64,000 nt of DNA, from positions 434,001-498,000 of the forward strand of contig CM082577.2 in the NCBI GenBank assembly GCA_040954595.2, given 5' to 3'. Numbering within the stretch: position 1 is the first letter of the stretch; each line of letters starts with the position of its first letter. The position numbers and the translations under genes are program-made. Below are positions 41,701-54,978 of the stretch, piece by piece. Below the pieces are notes generated by a model. It worked only from the letters and a program-made list of their open reading frames with translations, made no database searches and was not told where the DNA came from. This stretch comes from Balanoglossus misakiensis (Eukaryota; Animalia; Hemichordata).

Positions 41701-44700
41701 ATATGCATGAAAATTCGAAATCTGCACTGAACTAGAATTAGTAATTTCTCGCTCAGTTGGTTAAATCACAGATGATAATTGCGTATTTCAGTTTTTCCTT
41801 GATGTGATGCTCAACCAGTATCTGAGTTTTCCAACCATGAAAAATAAAATGAGCCAGATTGATGATCTGTTCTGATGTTTTTAGGCACTCACATTAAGAA
41901 TTCTTTTCAGTTTTTTTCCCAAATCCATTCTTTGAAATTGTGAATATTTTATTATCATGTTTGTTCAGAATAAACTCAGTCTGGTAACAACTGGTAATAT
42001 CAAACAGAAAAGCTGTGAAAAAAAAATCTTTCCTCAGAAATATTTGAACACATCAAAAGTGGAGTTAATAGTCACCAGTTGTCAGACAAAAAAGTCTACA
42101 ATTCAAAGCATATGGTGGTACATGTACAATTTTGTGTTTTCAACAAAACTGTACAGTTTAAAGGGGAAATATAAATGTGATGGGAGCTACCATGTTTTGA
42201 GGGGGGCAAAGCCTATCAAAATGATGTGTAATAATTTTGTTTTGAATTCCAATGCATAAGTATCGGCTCACATTTAACAATACCTAATTCTTTTCATAAA
42301 AGGCAAACAAAGTCCAAATATTAAATTAAGCAAACCAATGTGTTCTCTCTTTTCACTACAGTCGTTCGCTGAATGTGCAATTGTTTTTTGGGGGGTTTGG
42401 CATGTGTGATTTTCCTACAGTATTGCCTCCTGACAACTTCCTGCAAATTCCAATTATTATTGAAATTCAAATTGGCAATGAAGGGAACCAGCATGTGAAA
42501 GCAAAATATACTCTTTAGAAATTTCCGCACAAAAGCAAATCTTGTACACAAGTCGCCATTGTCAGATTTTAAACAGCTGGGACATGGATGTAAATGGAAT
42601 ATTCAGGTTTCACATGTTGTGTGTGTTTTGTTTTTTTTGCTATAAAACTATTAATTCTGTCGGTGTTGAGTTTAAAGAAATCTTTATTGATTGAAAGATG
42701 TGAGCATTGTTTTTTGTTGCATACAATTCCTATTGCATCTGCGACCTATAAAAGAGAAAATGCTACACATCAAAAGAAGTCAAGAATTGCATCCAGAACA
42801 CCGAAATAAAACTGACTATTTATGCACCACTGAATTGTGGACTTCAATTCAATCACGGGTCTGTTCTCCCAAATGTGCCATTTCCCTTATTTGCATGTCG
42901 ATGGTTTCTTCACCTGAAGCCTGCAGTCACCAAATTAGGCTCTAAATCTATGACTGTTATATTTTCTGTCGGTGCACTGCGAGCTCTTAACATTTCGAGT
43001 TTTATCAAATAAATAATCAATGCTATGACATTTTGGAGGGGGGGGGATTCATCTCCACATAGCTTTAATTTCTTTTAATATTTGTGGATAATTTAAAAAT
43101 TAAAATCTTGGCGTCCCTGCCATTTAGATTATGTTCATGCAGAATCACGAAGAAAGATCGTGATTGTGTGCAGCATGACTTTATGACATACAAATAGTGA
43201 TTAATAAATATTAGTTTTAATATAATATGTACTATTATACTGACATTACTGTGAGCTGTATCAGGGTAGTCAACCGATGTCTGATTACAGTTCATGAAAA
43301 TATGAAGATTGCGTTTCCATAGCCCCGGGTAAAGTTTGTGTTTCTTAAGCCTGTGAGACATACAATTATAGAATGCCAACATCGTGACTGGTGTTTTTAT
43401 CGTAGAAGGAAATAGCCTGGATAAATCCTGTTGTGAAGTATGTACTCCCTAATGTTCTGTTGTAAAAAGTTCTTTGTATAGGTGAATAGTCTACCCGACT
43501 GGTGAGTCTGGTTGGAAGATTTTGACATGGGACACATACATGTATGCACATGCATTTTCTGTCTTTATTTCCATGGATGTGTTGCCAAGCAACCATGCCA
43601 CTGCTACTGGCAACCTTTTCCCCATTTTTTTCATCAAACTACAGCGGAGTGTTCTTTGATATAAAAAACAGCGTTTTTGACAAGTAAAATGCTGAGCCTC
43701 ATAGACTTCTGGAAGAATGACTAAACTTAAAATTTCATCTGATATTATTTCAAGCTGGGAAGTAGAGTCAAGTCATGTTGACCCTAAAATGCTCACAATT
43801 TTAGTCTGATTTATTTTGTTGTTTACAAAGCTATACTGTTTTTTGTTACATCAAAATCTTAACCTGGACTTTTTATATCAAACATTATGTTATGTGTACT
43901 AAAACAAACTGATTAACACTAAAAAGTTATTTGAGTTCTCTGTACGTTGGTGCCTAGGCTTGCATGGTTTATATCGTGTGTGCAGATGCCCAAACGTATT
44001 GATCTGTGGCTGTGTGATTGATATTACTGTAGCCACACTTTTTTACAGCCAAAATCGCACATCGTAAAATTGCAAAAACAGGCTCTGGTTCATTACCTTG
44101 GGACATTCAGCTCACATTTAGAGAGTGGCAGTTACAACCAGTGTGTATTAGTTTTCAATCCACGGGGAGAAGAGAATTCTTTTGATTGTTTTTCACCTCC
44201 AGCCTTAGAGTGGATCCTCTGACAGTGTGGCACAGCGCCATGGCAACATTCTCTACTTTCAAATATGGCTGACCGACCGACTGACACGTATATACGGTAT
44301 TAAACTGAGAGAGGAAAAAAAACAACAACCATGCAGTGCACTTTTGCAGAAAGCATTCACCCACGCAATGAAAACAGAAACATGCGCAAAAATAAATCAT
44401 AAAACTTATTTCATTGATCTGAGGAAGGGAAAGAATACAAAAATCTGACAAATGGAGTGCATTTCCGACCACTTACGTCAGTACTCTTATGAATTCTACA
44501 AAAGATTTGATCTGAAAAACAAATGACATAACAGCCTTCTTTTCTTTTGCCAATAATACTGTCTGGTGTGAGTCATTCGATAATGTCGCTCTGTCTGATA
44601 CCTTGTGTAAATTAACTCTATAACTGTCGACAGTTTTCCCGCCAATATTGTAATAGGAATGACCCTGTACCTAATGGACAAGTTTTCCTGCCAACTTTCA

Positions 44701-47700
44701 AATAGAAATGTCACTGCTCCTGTTGAGGTTTTCGTGAATTACTAAAGTGGTTGACAAAAAATGCCGCCACAGTGTTTTTGGAGAAAAAATAAAAACAGTC
44801 ATTCTAATTCATCTCACGAAAGTCAGCGAAAAACAAACTGTGTGGACACAACTTTGTTTAATTCTTTCACTGTTGCTAACCTGAAATCTGATATTATGGA
44901 CGTGTTAAATTGTATTGATCAAGTTATATTTTGGTCAAACTCTTGGCCTGTAGCATTCTTTATTCTCAACATTTTCTGACTGGCCCATCAGATTGGCTGT
45001 TGTCATGACGATTAAACCAATCTATCACCACCCGCCACTTTGATTGGCTGGTGCCATGGCAATAAAACATGTTTCACTCAGTCTACACCAATGCTCTGTG
45101 TGAGCGGGTGAGTATTTATATTTTTACAAGGGAAGGTAGAGGAAGGGAGACAAGGCTGCAGAGATGAACCAAATCCGAGAGAAATCAGATAATTCTTTCT
45201 TTTTACGCCAACAGGCTCTGCAACATTTGCAGAAATACTGCACCACTTGGAGAGATTATTCATGGAGTATACATTACCTGTTGTATTATCCTAAATGTCA
45301 CCAGGCTTCTTCAGTTACAAATTTGCACATAAAGCGCCTGGCAAGATGATCGAAGATGTGAGCTGTCATCGTGTTTTCTGCAGATAATTATTCGAACATA
45401 ACAGCCCTTCAGCATCAGTGGCTGCCCCATTTGCTATTATTGCCTTTCTCAGAAATCTTGAAGTTGCAATAAAAATTGGATTCAATTTAAAAAAACATCC
45501 TTTAGAACAACTGATGACTGTTGTAGTCCAGTCACCAGGTCATGTGTATGATGTTGTTGATGTATATGTACGTGTCTGCAGCACAGCATCAAGTATGGGT
45601 GCCATACTCAATGAAAAATATTTCTCTCAGCTTTTGTGGAGTTATGGACTATCCCTGATGATACCTTGAATGTGAAATTTGATAAACCTTTATAATGTAC
45701 TAGCCTAGATTTACTCACACAAGAAATTTCCCGAGTAATCAACTGACAATTTATCATGTCCAAAAAAGTACAATGTGTATCACTCAAAATGTCTGTTATA
45801 CCTTCTATGTCAGAATCAAACCAGAGCAGAATTATAATATTGAAAATATTTTTACTTTTATTGGAATACATCAAAACACACAACTTCACCCAACCCCAGT
45901 TTTCAAGTAATGTTGAATGGCACACGAGTCTCCCCCATATTTTTATCCACTTGTCTGGTAACCTAAATTTTCAATAAACATGTGATGCCATGTGTGTGTA
46001 TCTTTAGTCATCACTTACACACACACGCATACACACTCACTCACTCATGCATACAGATGTCCCTGTGATAAAATTTACTGAGTATAGATTTCTTATCAGG
46101 TAAGAGAGATATTGAAAAAACAAATGAGTTGTGGCTATAGCCTTGTATGCATTATGCTTATAGCAGCAGTGCCAGAAATAGCATTTATGACTGCAAGACG
46201 TTAAGGCCACATGGCATCGTGTAGAAATGTTCCCACACAATCAGCAGTTGATATGGCTATGTTCTTTTTTTAATGAAATAAATTTCCCATTGTAAAGTGA
46301 ACAGGTCCAATTAGGGTTCTCTCTGGGGTTTGATTACCGCCATTTTTTTTCTCAAATCAACCTGGGAGGAACTGTAATTAGGCTGCAGCAAGCCTAGAAA
46401 GAAAAACACTTTATTTATAAACTACCTGCTGTCAATCAAATGTCTCCAAGATCAATAATATTCCCAGCATGCTTTCTTAGAAAAGAAAACCATGTAAACC
46501 CTTCTGTGAATGGTTCGATCGACATCGTGAAAAGCATCAGAAACGAATTGTAAAATTAGAGGATTTTAATTCTCAAATCTTCAGCGATCATGATCCATAG
46601 CAGCTAGCTGGTCTGTTGTGAACTGTGCCACAGTAAACGTTACAAAAATCCAAATAGGCCATTAACCTAGATGATTCAACTGCTATGCCTGGCTGCATGC
46701 TCTTCAATCTGTTATCAGCGAACAAGAAAAATCTATTGTTGGTGTTTAAAGTCCAGGTATTGCCCCTGTTGTTGTTGGCACTTGTTTTCTTTAAGAAAGA
46801 TATCATTCTGGATGAAGATATGAAGATTGACCCCCCCCCCCCCATATTATGCAGGGAGGGGGGGGGGGTGAACCAAATGAATGGTATAGTATGTGCCAGA
46901 GGAATATCATTCACCATCATATACTTACTGCCTTGATATTTTTTAACATATCAAAATTAATGGCAAACAAGTGTGTGATCCATATGTTTTAAGCTTAATG
47001 GAAAACTGTTATAAAAATTAAATAGGGCAATGACCTGGCTTTGACCCAAGAACATTGACATCGCCATGTGCTATGAGCTTGACATCATTTTAGGGGCGTT
47101 GTCCAGCGAGTACAATGTACAATGGCATGCAGCTCTTGCAAGAATTGTGTGAGAATTAAATACAAGTTAGCCAGGTCCTGTTGAGTGATTTATAGATGTT
47201 TGTGATTATGTGGGTTCCATATTTAGTGACTAGTCAGATTACTTTGAAAGATAATCATTTATGATATCTCTACCTATGAGATAAAAATTGCACAAAGCTG
47301 AAAACAAACTCCATTGTACTGGCTGAACTGAGCAGTTAGACTTGGTACTTTTTTATGAGCTCATGTAACAACCCATTGTGTGTCCAGGTGATGTGGTTAA
47401 AGTACGGGAGATGAAGACTGCAGTGTTCAGCGCAGGTGATGAGTCCGTTTGGTCTGAGCCGGGGGTCTGGGCAGGTGGCCAACACACTTGTCATGCCATG
47501 GGCAAATCCGCTGCAGATAGCTAAACTCACTCATGGCCGTTTGCATAAGCTGATAACCCTAAAAGGTACAAGTCTCAGCTTGTGACATGTCGTCCGTTGT
47601 GCAAGCAGTTTGAGTTTGGTCAGACGGCTTGACCACCTGATGTTTCTCATGGAGATATTTTTTTTTCCGCCATACTGTATGCTTCGGCTGAAGCCAACTT

Positions 47701-50679
47701 AGGCCATATTGCCACTATACAGTGTGCATCAGAGAACTCATTTCATCACTTTAACAGCCTTCAAATTCATTATGCTGTAACTTTCTCACTAGTCATGAAA
47801 AACCCTGGGAAAGCTCAGAATACACTCGATGTGTAAACTCCTTTTTTTCTTTCTCTAAGATTAGACTGTTATAGTGTGCATAATGAAACACACTCTACTG
47901 CAATCGACAGAAGCAGGCATCTTACGCCCTGCTAATAGCAAAACATATAAATAATGTATAACGTAATAACTTTTGTGTAAATAAATTACATTGTCGCTTC
48001 ATTTATCTCTTTGTGCCTACAAGCACCATGTATATTTTATGCATGGCAAGCATGGATGACGATTTAGATTGTTTTGGAGCAGCCAACACATTTATCCTCT
48101 CATGTGGAAAAAATTAGAACCTCGTAAATTTACCCTTTTCGTTATATACACACAAAGTCACATGACCGTACCTGTTACATTCATTTATTGTAATTTTTGT
48201 TCTGTAACTCAAATTTGAGTTTTTACAGCTCTCAGTAATGTGCACAGTCTCGATGTGTGAACAAGCACCACGTTTTTATTGCTTTGAATCGAACTGAAGT
48301 GTGAACAAAAATTTGATTGTCAAATACACTGTACATATGGATCAATACTACTTACAAAGACTGGCTAGATAGGTTGATAATCTAGAAATTGGCCTTTAAA
48401 GTGCACTTTGGGGGTTAAAAGAAGAAACTGCACATTAAATGTTGCAAATGGTCATTTTTATTTCAACAGCAACAGTATTGTCCCTTTAAAGCTGCCAGCA
48501 TTATCAACTGGGACTGAGCTCCATCATTTCGACGTGGTTATTTATCGACCCCATTTCTGTACTGGCAGGTATGCAGATGTAGACATCACAAATAAAATCG
48601 ACCCAAATGACCTTGTGGGGTCACTTCCGGAATGAAGTAGTTCTGACAGGATGGCTCATGTGGGTAGACTCCCACTGCTGTTAAGGAGACGCCCACTCTA
48701 TAACATATGAACTTGGCCAAAACAAAATTTCAATTTCAGTCCATCTTTCCATATGGTGGTGAACCATTTAAAACATCCGCTTATTAAGAATTGTTGGTCG
48801 GTAGAGTATTTACGGTTGCAGGATGGTTTGCTGTTACGCAAGGTCAATGAATATGGAGTGTATAAATACCTCACACAAAACTACATTCAGTTCTGAACTT
48901 TTCACACAATTTTTTATTCAGTCATCCATCTTCCTTAGTCCACGCAGGGAACACATGAGGACATGAATATGAAAATTAATATCAAAAAAGCTGCATGTAA
49001 CTTCAATCACCAGCTTAATGACCTTTTTGGTTTTAAAAATTCATGGTGGACAAAAATATCCTTTACACATCAAACCTAAAAATAGCATCTTGCATAAATT
49101 AAGTGTTGAAGTCTAATATCAATTAAAATATAATTAATGGGAAAATAGTTTTATTTTTGCCACGTAATAATGGTAGAAATGGAAAAGCTGAATATTGTAA
49201 TTACTGCCAAGAGAATTTCAATGGTTGAGGGATGGATCCATGAATTGATCTTCATAAAATTTATAGCCAGACCATGCTCTGCATGTTCCATGCCAGTATT
49301 TTACAAAGTACGGATTAACCCAGCACATTGTCAGTGGCAACAAACAACCAGGGGGAAAAATGTCCATTTGAATTGAAAGTGGACCAGATTAAGAATAAAT
49401 CTAGATTTTATATTAGGGGTACCATAAATTTAAATGCAATAAGTGCAAGTATAACATATTATCAGTAAAGATGTGTGTTACAGTTTGACTGGTCAAAACC
49501 AATATTGCACGCAAATGTTATCCTGGAGGTCAAATCCAATATTCTCTGAATGTGGGTCCGGTGGTTAGAGATGTTATTGTACTACGCTTGTCCAATTGAA
49601 CAGAAATGAAAAGGACTACACAGAGAGACAGGCATCATTTCACAATACTTAATCAGATCGGTGATGGAGATCCGTTTGAAGTGCTCCAATAATAGCTTCT
49701 TTTTTTAACTACCTCTACTGACGTCAGCAACTCATTGAATGTGCAGGGCCCCTTTCAATGCATGTTTATACCTGCGTGACATCACTGGATGCACTCACTC
49801 TAGCTGAAAACAGACGTCTGAAGTTAAGGGGTGGCTTTGCTACCATACATGTAATGCGAGCATTGCAGAGAGTCTCAAGCATACAGCCGTGAATTCAAAT
49901 AATGTGCTTGTTTGAACAGTGTGGGCGTTGCAGTTCTGGACAGGGATGGCTGGACAAATTTGGCTGATATCCAAATTTTGGTGAAACGTGTTTTCTTTCA
50001 CTTGATTGTATGAACTTATTGACACTGTAAAATGTCACAAGTCATGCCAATTGTACATTTTAAACTTGTGTGATTTCTCTATGAACATACCAACAGCTAG
50101 GGATTTGTAAAATACACCTTGCACACAGTAGCAGGATATCAGATGAATGGGTAATAAGCAGTGGAGGTCATTGTTTGATAGACGACATCTTTCTCCCGGA
50201 CCCAGATATCAATCATTTTCTAGAATATCATGGTGTCTAATCTGGCATTTTCAACTCATTGTTTTTGACCTTCAAGGTGGGTAGGTTATCTGGGGTTTAT
50301 ATAATCTTACACACACTGGGGAGGGAAATGCAAAATGTACATTCACACTGTAGCAACACACTCACTGGCATGATTCAGAGAAGATTGGAAGCAAATCAGA
50401 TGTTCTCTCGAAAGAACCCAATGCCTGGCAGCAGACCAGCTATTTGAAATCAATTCAACGGCCTAGTGATAATTGCTCAATGATCATGATCTGCCTCAGC
50501 AAAAACCCCATCCCTTCTTTGAATCGTCAATAAACACAAATAACACAGGACATCTTTTCCAAATTTTTTTTAATACAAACTTAAAAATATGGAACAATAT
50601 AAACATTACCAATGCACCACCTAAAACTGGGAAACTTAAAATAGTATATATATATTTGTCTTCTGGTGTGTGTAACTTT

Positions 50680-50685
50680 TTTATT
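50680..50685 (-). terminator. Probable Tob polyadenylation signal
   Basis: AATAAA on the minus strand ~620 nt after the stop, ending a U-rich 3' UTR. Confidence 0.55.
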
Positions 50686-51304
50686 GCACAATCTGTAGAA
50701 AAATTAATATTTCAGATTATGTATCTGTCTCTTTCAATTAATTCTTGAACTGTGGCAAACTCTTTGGAAGTAATAACACAAAATACAAGATGTTTTTGAT
50801 ATTCCTTGGGGAAATACAATCACTAGGACTGTATTTTCCACTTGTCTAGGCTTAATATAGATATTTTTTTGTTTTTTTTCTTACAAAAGTAAAAGCTTGC
50901 ACAGCAATCTATTCTTAGTATAGAATTGCCAATGTGGAGTAGAAAAGATAAAATGCTTTTTTAATACCCAAGTACAGAAAGGATACCAATATATACTCTC
51001 AAAGATAAATTTTTACTGTATTAAAGCTAACAAGAATTTCATTAAATATCTCATCTTGGAAAATAGGAAACTTATACCCGCAAAAGGTTTACTTTCAAAG
51101 TATACAAATCAATAGTACCCTTGGGCAGTATCAGAATTATCAAAAAACTTCGAAAAACATTGTTTCGCAACTGTTCTCTGACACATCCATGTAATCAGTC
51201 TTATCGACAATCTGAGGTGAACTTTGCTCACCTACCGTGCATTGTGAACAACGTGGAATCAGTTACACGCATAATTAAGTACTCTTTTGTAAATTTCTAT
51301 CAGT

Positions 51305-52270
51305 TCAATTTGCTGCAACCAGAGACTGTTGGTTGTATTGGCCAGTGTATGGCACGTTAAAATTTAAGCCTTCGAATAGTGCCTTGGCAGCATCATTGTT
51401 GTTGTTGTTGGCATTTGGCAGGGGTTCATATCCTATGTTGTTGGATGGCTGCAAAGAGAAGCCGGCATCTCCACCCCAAACACCCATGTTATCCATCTTT
51501 GGCTGTGGATACAAGAATTCTTTAGCATTTGGGGATAGAGATCGGGGTCTCTGAGCATACATACCATTCAGTGCTGAACGCTGTTTCATGTAGTTTGTAA
51601 ATTCAGTGGGTGACAGTCTCTGAAGGTTGATCTTCTTGGAGGCTGTCTTCATCTTGGTGGAGCCGAACTTAGTCTGTGCAAAGGTGGCTGCATCAAAGGT
51701 GACTGGGTGAGCTTTGTCATGATTCGGACTAATTTTTCCAAACATGCTGGTTGGCGATGGTGACTTGAAAGCTGGTGGGACAGGAGAGGTTGGTGAGAGA
51801 CTCATGCTGCTTAGAGACGAGGACAAGGAATCAATCGGTCTGAAGGAGTCGGCTTCTGGGTTGAAGGTGCTCTTTACTTCAGTAATTGACTGGTCTAGGC
51901 TGTTCAGAGTATCATCCTTGTCTTCAACATACAATACTTTCACGGCCCCCTTCTCTCCGACGCGGTAGGACACCTCAGAGGGATCAATCCAGATGCTGAG
52001 CTCATCTGGCATGTTGCCTCGGATTTCATCCAGGTTCAGACCACTGGCTGCGGCGGCCTTCTGGAACACGGGGTCCAGTTTTTGTCCACTGACACGTAGA
52101 CAACGATAACCCGAACCCTTGAACGGTTTCTGTGGGTACCAGTGGCCTTCAAACCTCTTCATGAGACCCTTCTGCAGTTCGTCAGCAAAGATATCCACTC
52201 GTCGCCTGGGCAGCTTATTATACAGATACGAGATCACGAAATTGAGAGCAACTTGTATTTCCACTTTCAT
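51305..52270 (-). CDS. TOB1: Tob (BTG/Tob anti-proliferative family, CAF1/CCR4-NOT deadenylase adaptor), 321 aa, single coding exon
   Basis: BTG domain MKVEIQVALNFVISYLYNKLPRRRV...HWYPQKPFKGSGYRC (box A), LSIWIDPSEVSYRVGE (box B); PAM2 motifs STFNPEADSFRP and SLSPNAKEFLYP; Tob-specific TFAQTKFGSTKMK. Likely co-orthologous to vertebrate TOB1/TOB2. Confidence 0.97.
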   Translation of the reverse strand: MKVEIQVALNFVISYLYNKLPRRRVDIFADELQKGLMKRFEGHWYPQKPFKGSGYRCLRVSGQKLDPVFQKAAAASGLNLDEIRGNMPDELSIWIDPSEVSYRVGEKGAVKVLYVEDKDDTLNSLDQSITEVKSTFNPEADSFRPIDSLSSSLSSMSLSPTSPVPPAFKSPSPTSMFGKISPNHDKAHPVTFDAATFAQTKFGSTKMKTASKKINLQRLSPTEFTNYMKQRSALNGMYAQRPRSLSPNAKEFLYPQPKMDNMGVWGGDAGFSLQPSNNIGYEPLPNANNNNNDAAKALFEGLNFNVPYTGQYNQQSLVAAN

Positions 52271-52329
52271 CGTGAAGTATTTCCTCGCTTGTCTTGTGTG
52301 TATATAAAAATAAGTCTACAAAGGTTGAT

Positions 52330-52949
52330 CTGAAATACAGAAAATAATGAAGACAACATTAGGAGACGGCGTGAGGTTAGGTGGTTTCACTCTTCAAGCT
52401 GTAAACAACGCCCACACAAACTAATTAGCATGGTTTTTACGTCTGTCGATGTCGACTACTGCAAAAAACCCGATGCAAAGAGCAGGGCAGGCCAGCCAAG
52501 CGATGTTTGTGTCGAGGTAAAATGCTCAATTTTACAATAAATCGATGTGGTTGTATTTCTGTAAGGACTCGATAATAATTGGTTACCAAAGAAATACGTC
52601 AACGACATCGGGGGTTTCCCTGCCAACGAAATATCCGCAGTTATAATTTTTTGTCTGCACAGACGCCATTTTGAACCTATGAAAACAGCTACCGTATGGA
52701 TCAATTTTTAGCGAGTTTTAGCGAAATCGACGCGTAAAAGATCTTTCAAATGTTTCTGAAGTTAATCGATATTAGGCGATATTCTACTCCGAAACGAAAG
52801 TATGCTGTTGTACAGAAAGTTACATTTTGAGGTCTTGATCACGACGCGATCGGTGAACTGAGCTGAGACAGACTGTGGATGGATCATGGAATGAATGAAC
52901 AACCAAACAAAGCTATCGTACCGAAGAAAATAAATATGAATACACTTAC
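52330..52949 (-). other. Probable 5'-UTR intron of Tob
   Basis: Minus-strand donor gtaagt at 52949 and pyrimidine-rich acceptor ttttctgtatttcag ending at 52330, 59 nt before the ATG; an alternative donor gtaagt lies at 53775. Confidence 0.55.
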
Positions 52950-53941
52950 ATAGCATGAAAATAGTCTTCCAGCGACTTGACTTGCACCGGGCGAATCAAT
53001 ATGTCACTTATACATATAAAAAGTATAAAAAATGGAAGTAGTGATGTAAATTTGTGCACACCAGTGAAGTACGTTACGCTTAGCAGATGCCTGCCTCGGC
53101 TACGAAGACGGAAACCTCGGGTTGCAGACAGCAATATATAAGGCACTATATCCTTCCGCATTTACGCTTTGGCACTATTTTTTAAAGTTTATGATGCCAT
53201 TGTGATATCATCTCACAATGCAAAGAATGTTTACCCGTAATATAAATTTATCATAGTTTAAATAAAATAAGAATATGTTTTTTCAAGCCATGTCTGCAGA
53301 GAAAACATGTTTGTCTTCAGGACTAGTTTCTCATGTGTAGGGACAAAATGTGTGTCAGGTTGTGATAAAGTTGCTTATTTACATTCTGGGTTTGAGCTCA
53401 TGATTGGCCAAAACTTTGTTGACGCAACCTAATTATTCTATGTGAGTAAACATTTCCTACGGTGGTCGCCATAAAAAATAGCAATACTGAAAATTCATCA
53501 CAATATTGAAGCAAATCGGGATGGTCGTATATAGGCACATCTACATACGAACGTGTTCATCGACCAAGAAACGAATTGACTTTTTGTACACAACGGTTCA
53601 ATTCACGAGAAAACAAACACCTTTGTTGTTCAGATTCGTATCCTATACTTTTACTGGACTCTATTAATTATATCAACTAAACTTAATACATTGGAAGAAA
53701 AATAGCGGACAGTCGAATTTTTACAAAAAGCAGGGGTACAGAATAATGGTATATTCTATTTAATCCGGCACTTACAAGCGTGAAAAAAGTGCCCAAAGGC
53801 AAGGTAGCGTTTTTAACACCATGTACTATTAGTTGCATGTGTGTACGTATATCGAGACTAAATTCGAACGAAAACGAGCATTTCGATGACTGGCGTCTGC
53901 TTGTCTGATAGAGGGCAGTCTCCTCCCAGCGGAGACTTCTG

Positions 53942-54058
53942 GTAAACAATTTTTGACGTCATCAACTATTTATGAATTTAGCTCCGCCCTCATTGGTATT
54001 TCTTCTGGCCGTTTGTAAATACGAGTGTACTAATTTTAGCTGCCATTGCCTTATTTGG
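53942..54058 (-). promoter_or_regulatory. Tob upstream promoter module: Fox, CRE, GC box, CCAAT, CArG
   Basis: GTAAACAA 53942-53949; TGACGTCA 53954-53961; CTCCGCCC ~53982; ATTGG ~53992; CCTTATTTGG 54049-54058. Confidence 0.6.
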
Positions 54059-54875
54059 AATAACCGCAAGGCAAGAAATTACCATATGGGAAACATCGTT
54101 CTGACGCGAAAACTGTGAACATGCCTATACACAGTCTACTGTATACTTTGTTTCATTTGCAGCATTGAACTTCGAAATATTCATACAAATCTGGAAAAAG
54201 ATGTAAGAAAGAGACGAAAAAGATTAATTCTGCTATGAAACAGAGTCGATAGGTTTTTTTCGTGTCCTTTTTAGTATAGCATCTGGTGCAAACACCATTT
54301 TTAAGTTTTTATTTCTTTGCATTTGATTACCAACAAACTGACAACGAACTCTACAATTTCGTCTGTTCAGGCGTGTAATTTGCTCTAATGATAGTGGGTC
54401 TGTGGTCGACGAACGTACATCCTTATTAAGAGAAAAGGCTACACATCATAATATATCAGAATTCACACGGCGAGTAGGCATGTGTGCGCGCGCATCTGGT
54501 ACCGGCGACGTAAAACATCAACAGCTGTGTGACGGAAGCATTTGCGTAAGCCCAGTCCCCCTTAGCAACAGTGCGCAGCCTCACTTGGAAACGGGAAGAA
54601 AAGCTGCAGCAATGTCGAACTAAAGCAGGGTCACGGGTTAAATATTTGCATGTATATAGATTTCTGACAAACCATGTCGAGCGTAATTGCATTGGACGGC
54701 GATGACGGCATACGAAATCAAAACAGACACATATATAGGCCTAACTCTCGCTATTTATACTGAATACTGTTTTCCCCACCAACATGTAAAGACAGGAAAT
54801 TCTTATCTTTGCTAACATTAACAACATATTTCTTAGAGCAATAATTATCCACATATTCCAGTTTGATTGCAATAT

Positions 54876-54960
<85 letters not shown>

Positions 54961-54978
54961 CGAAGATGATGATGATGA
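54876..54978. repeat. (ATG/GAT)n trinucleotide microsatellite
   Basis: Pure run 54876-54960, then an interrupted tail; produces the spurious poly-M and poly-S ORFs. Confidence 0.97.

Noticed and set aside
51333-52333. Plus-strand ORFs over Tob
   Set aside because: Antisense shadows of the Tob CDS.
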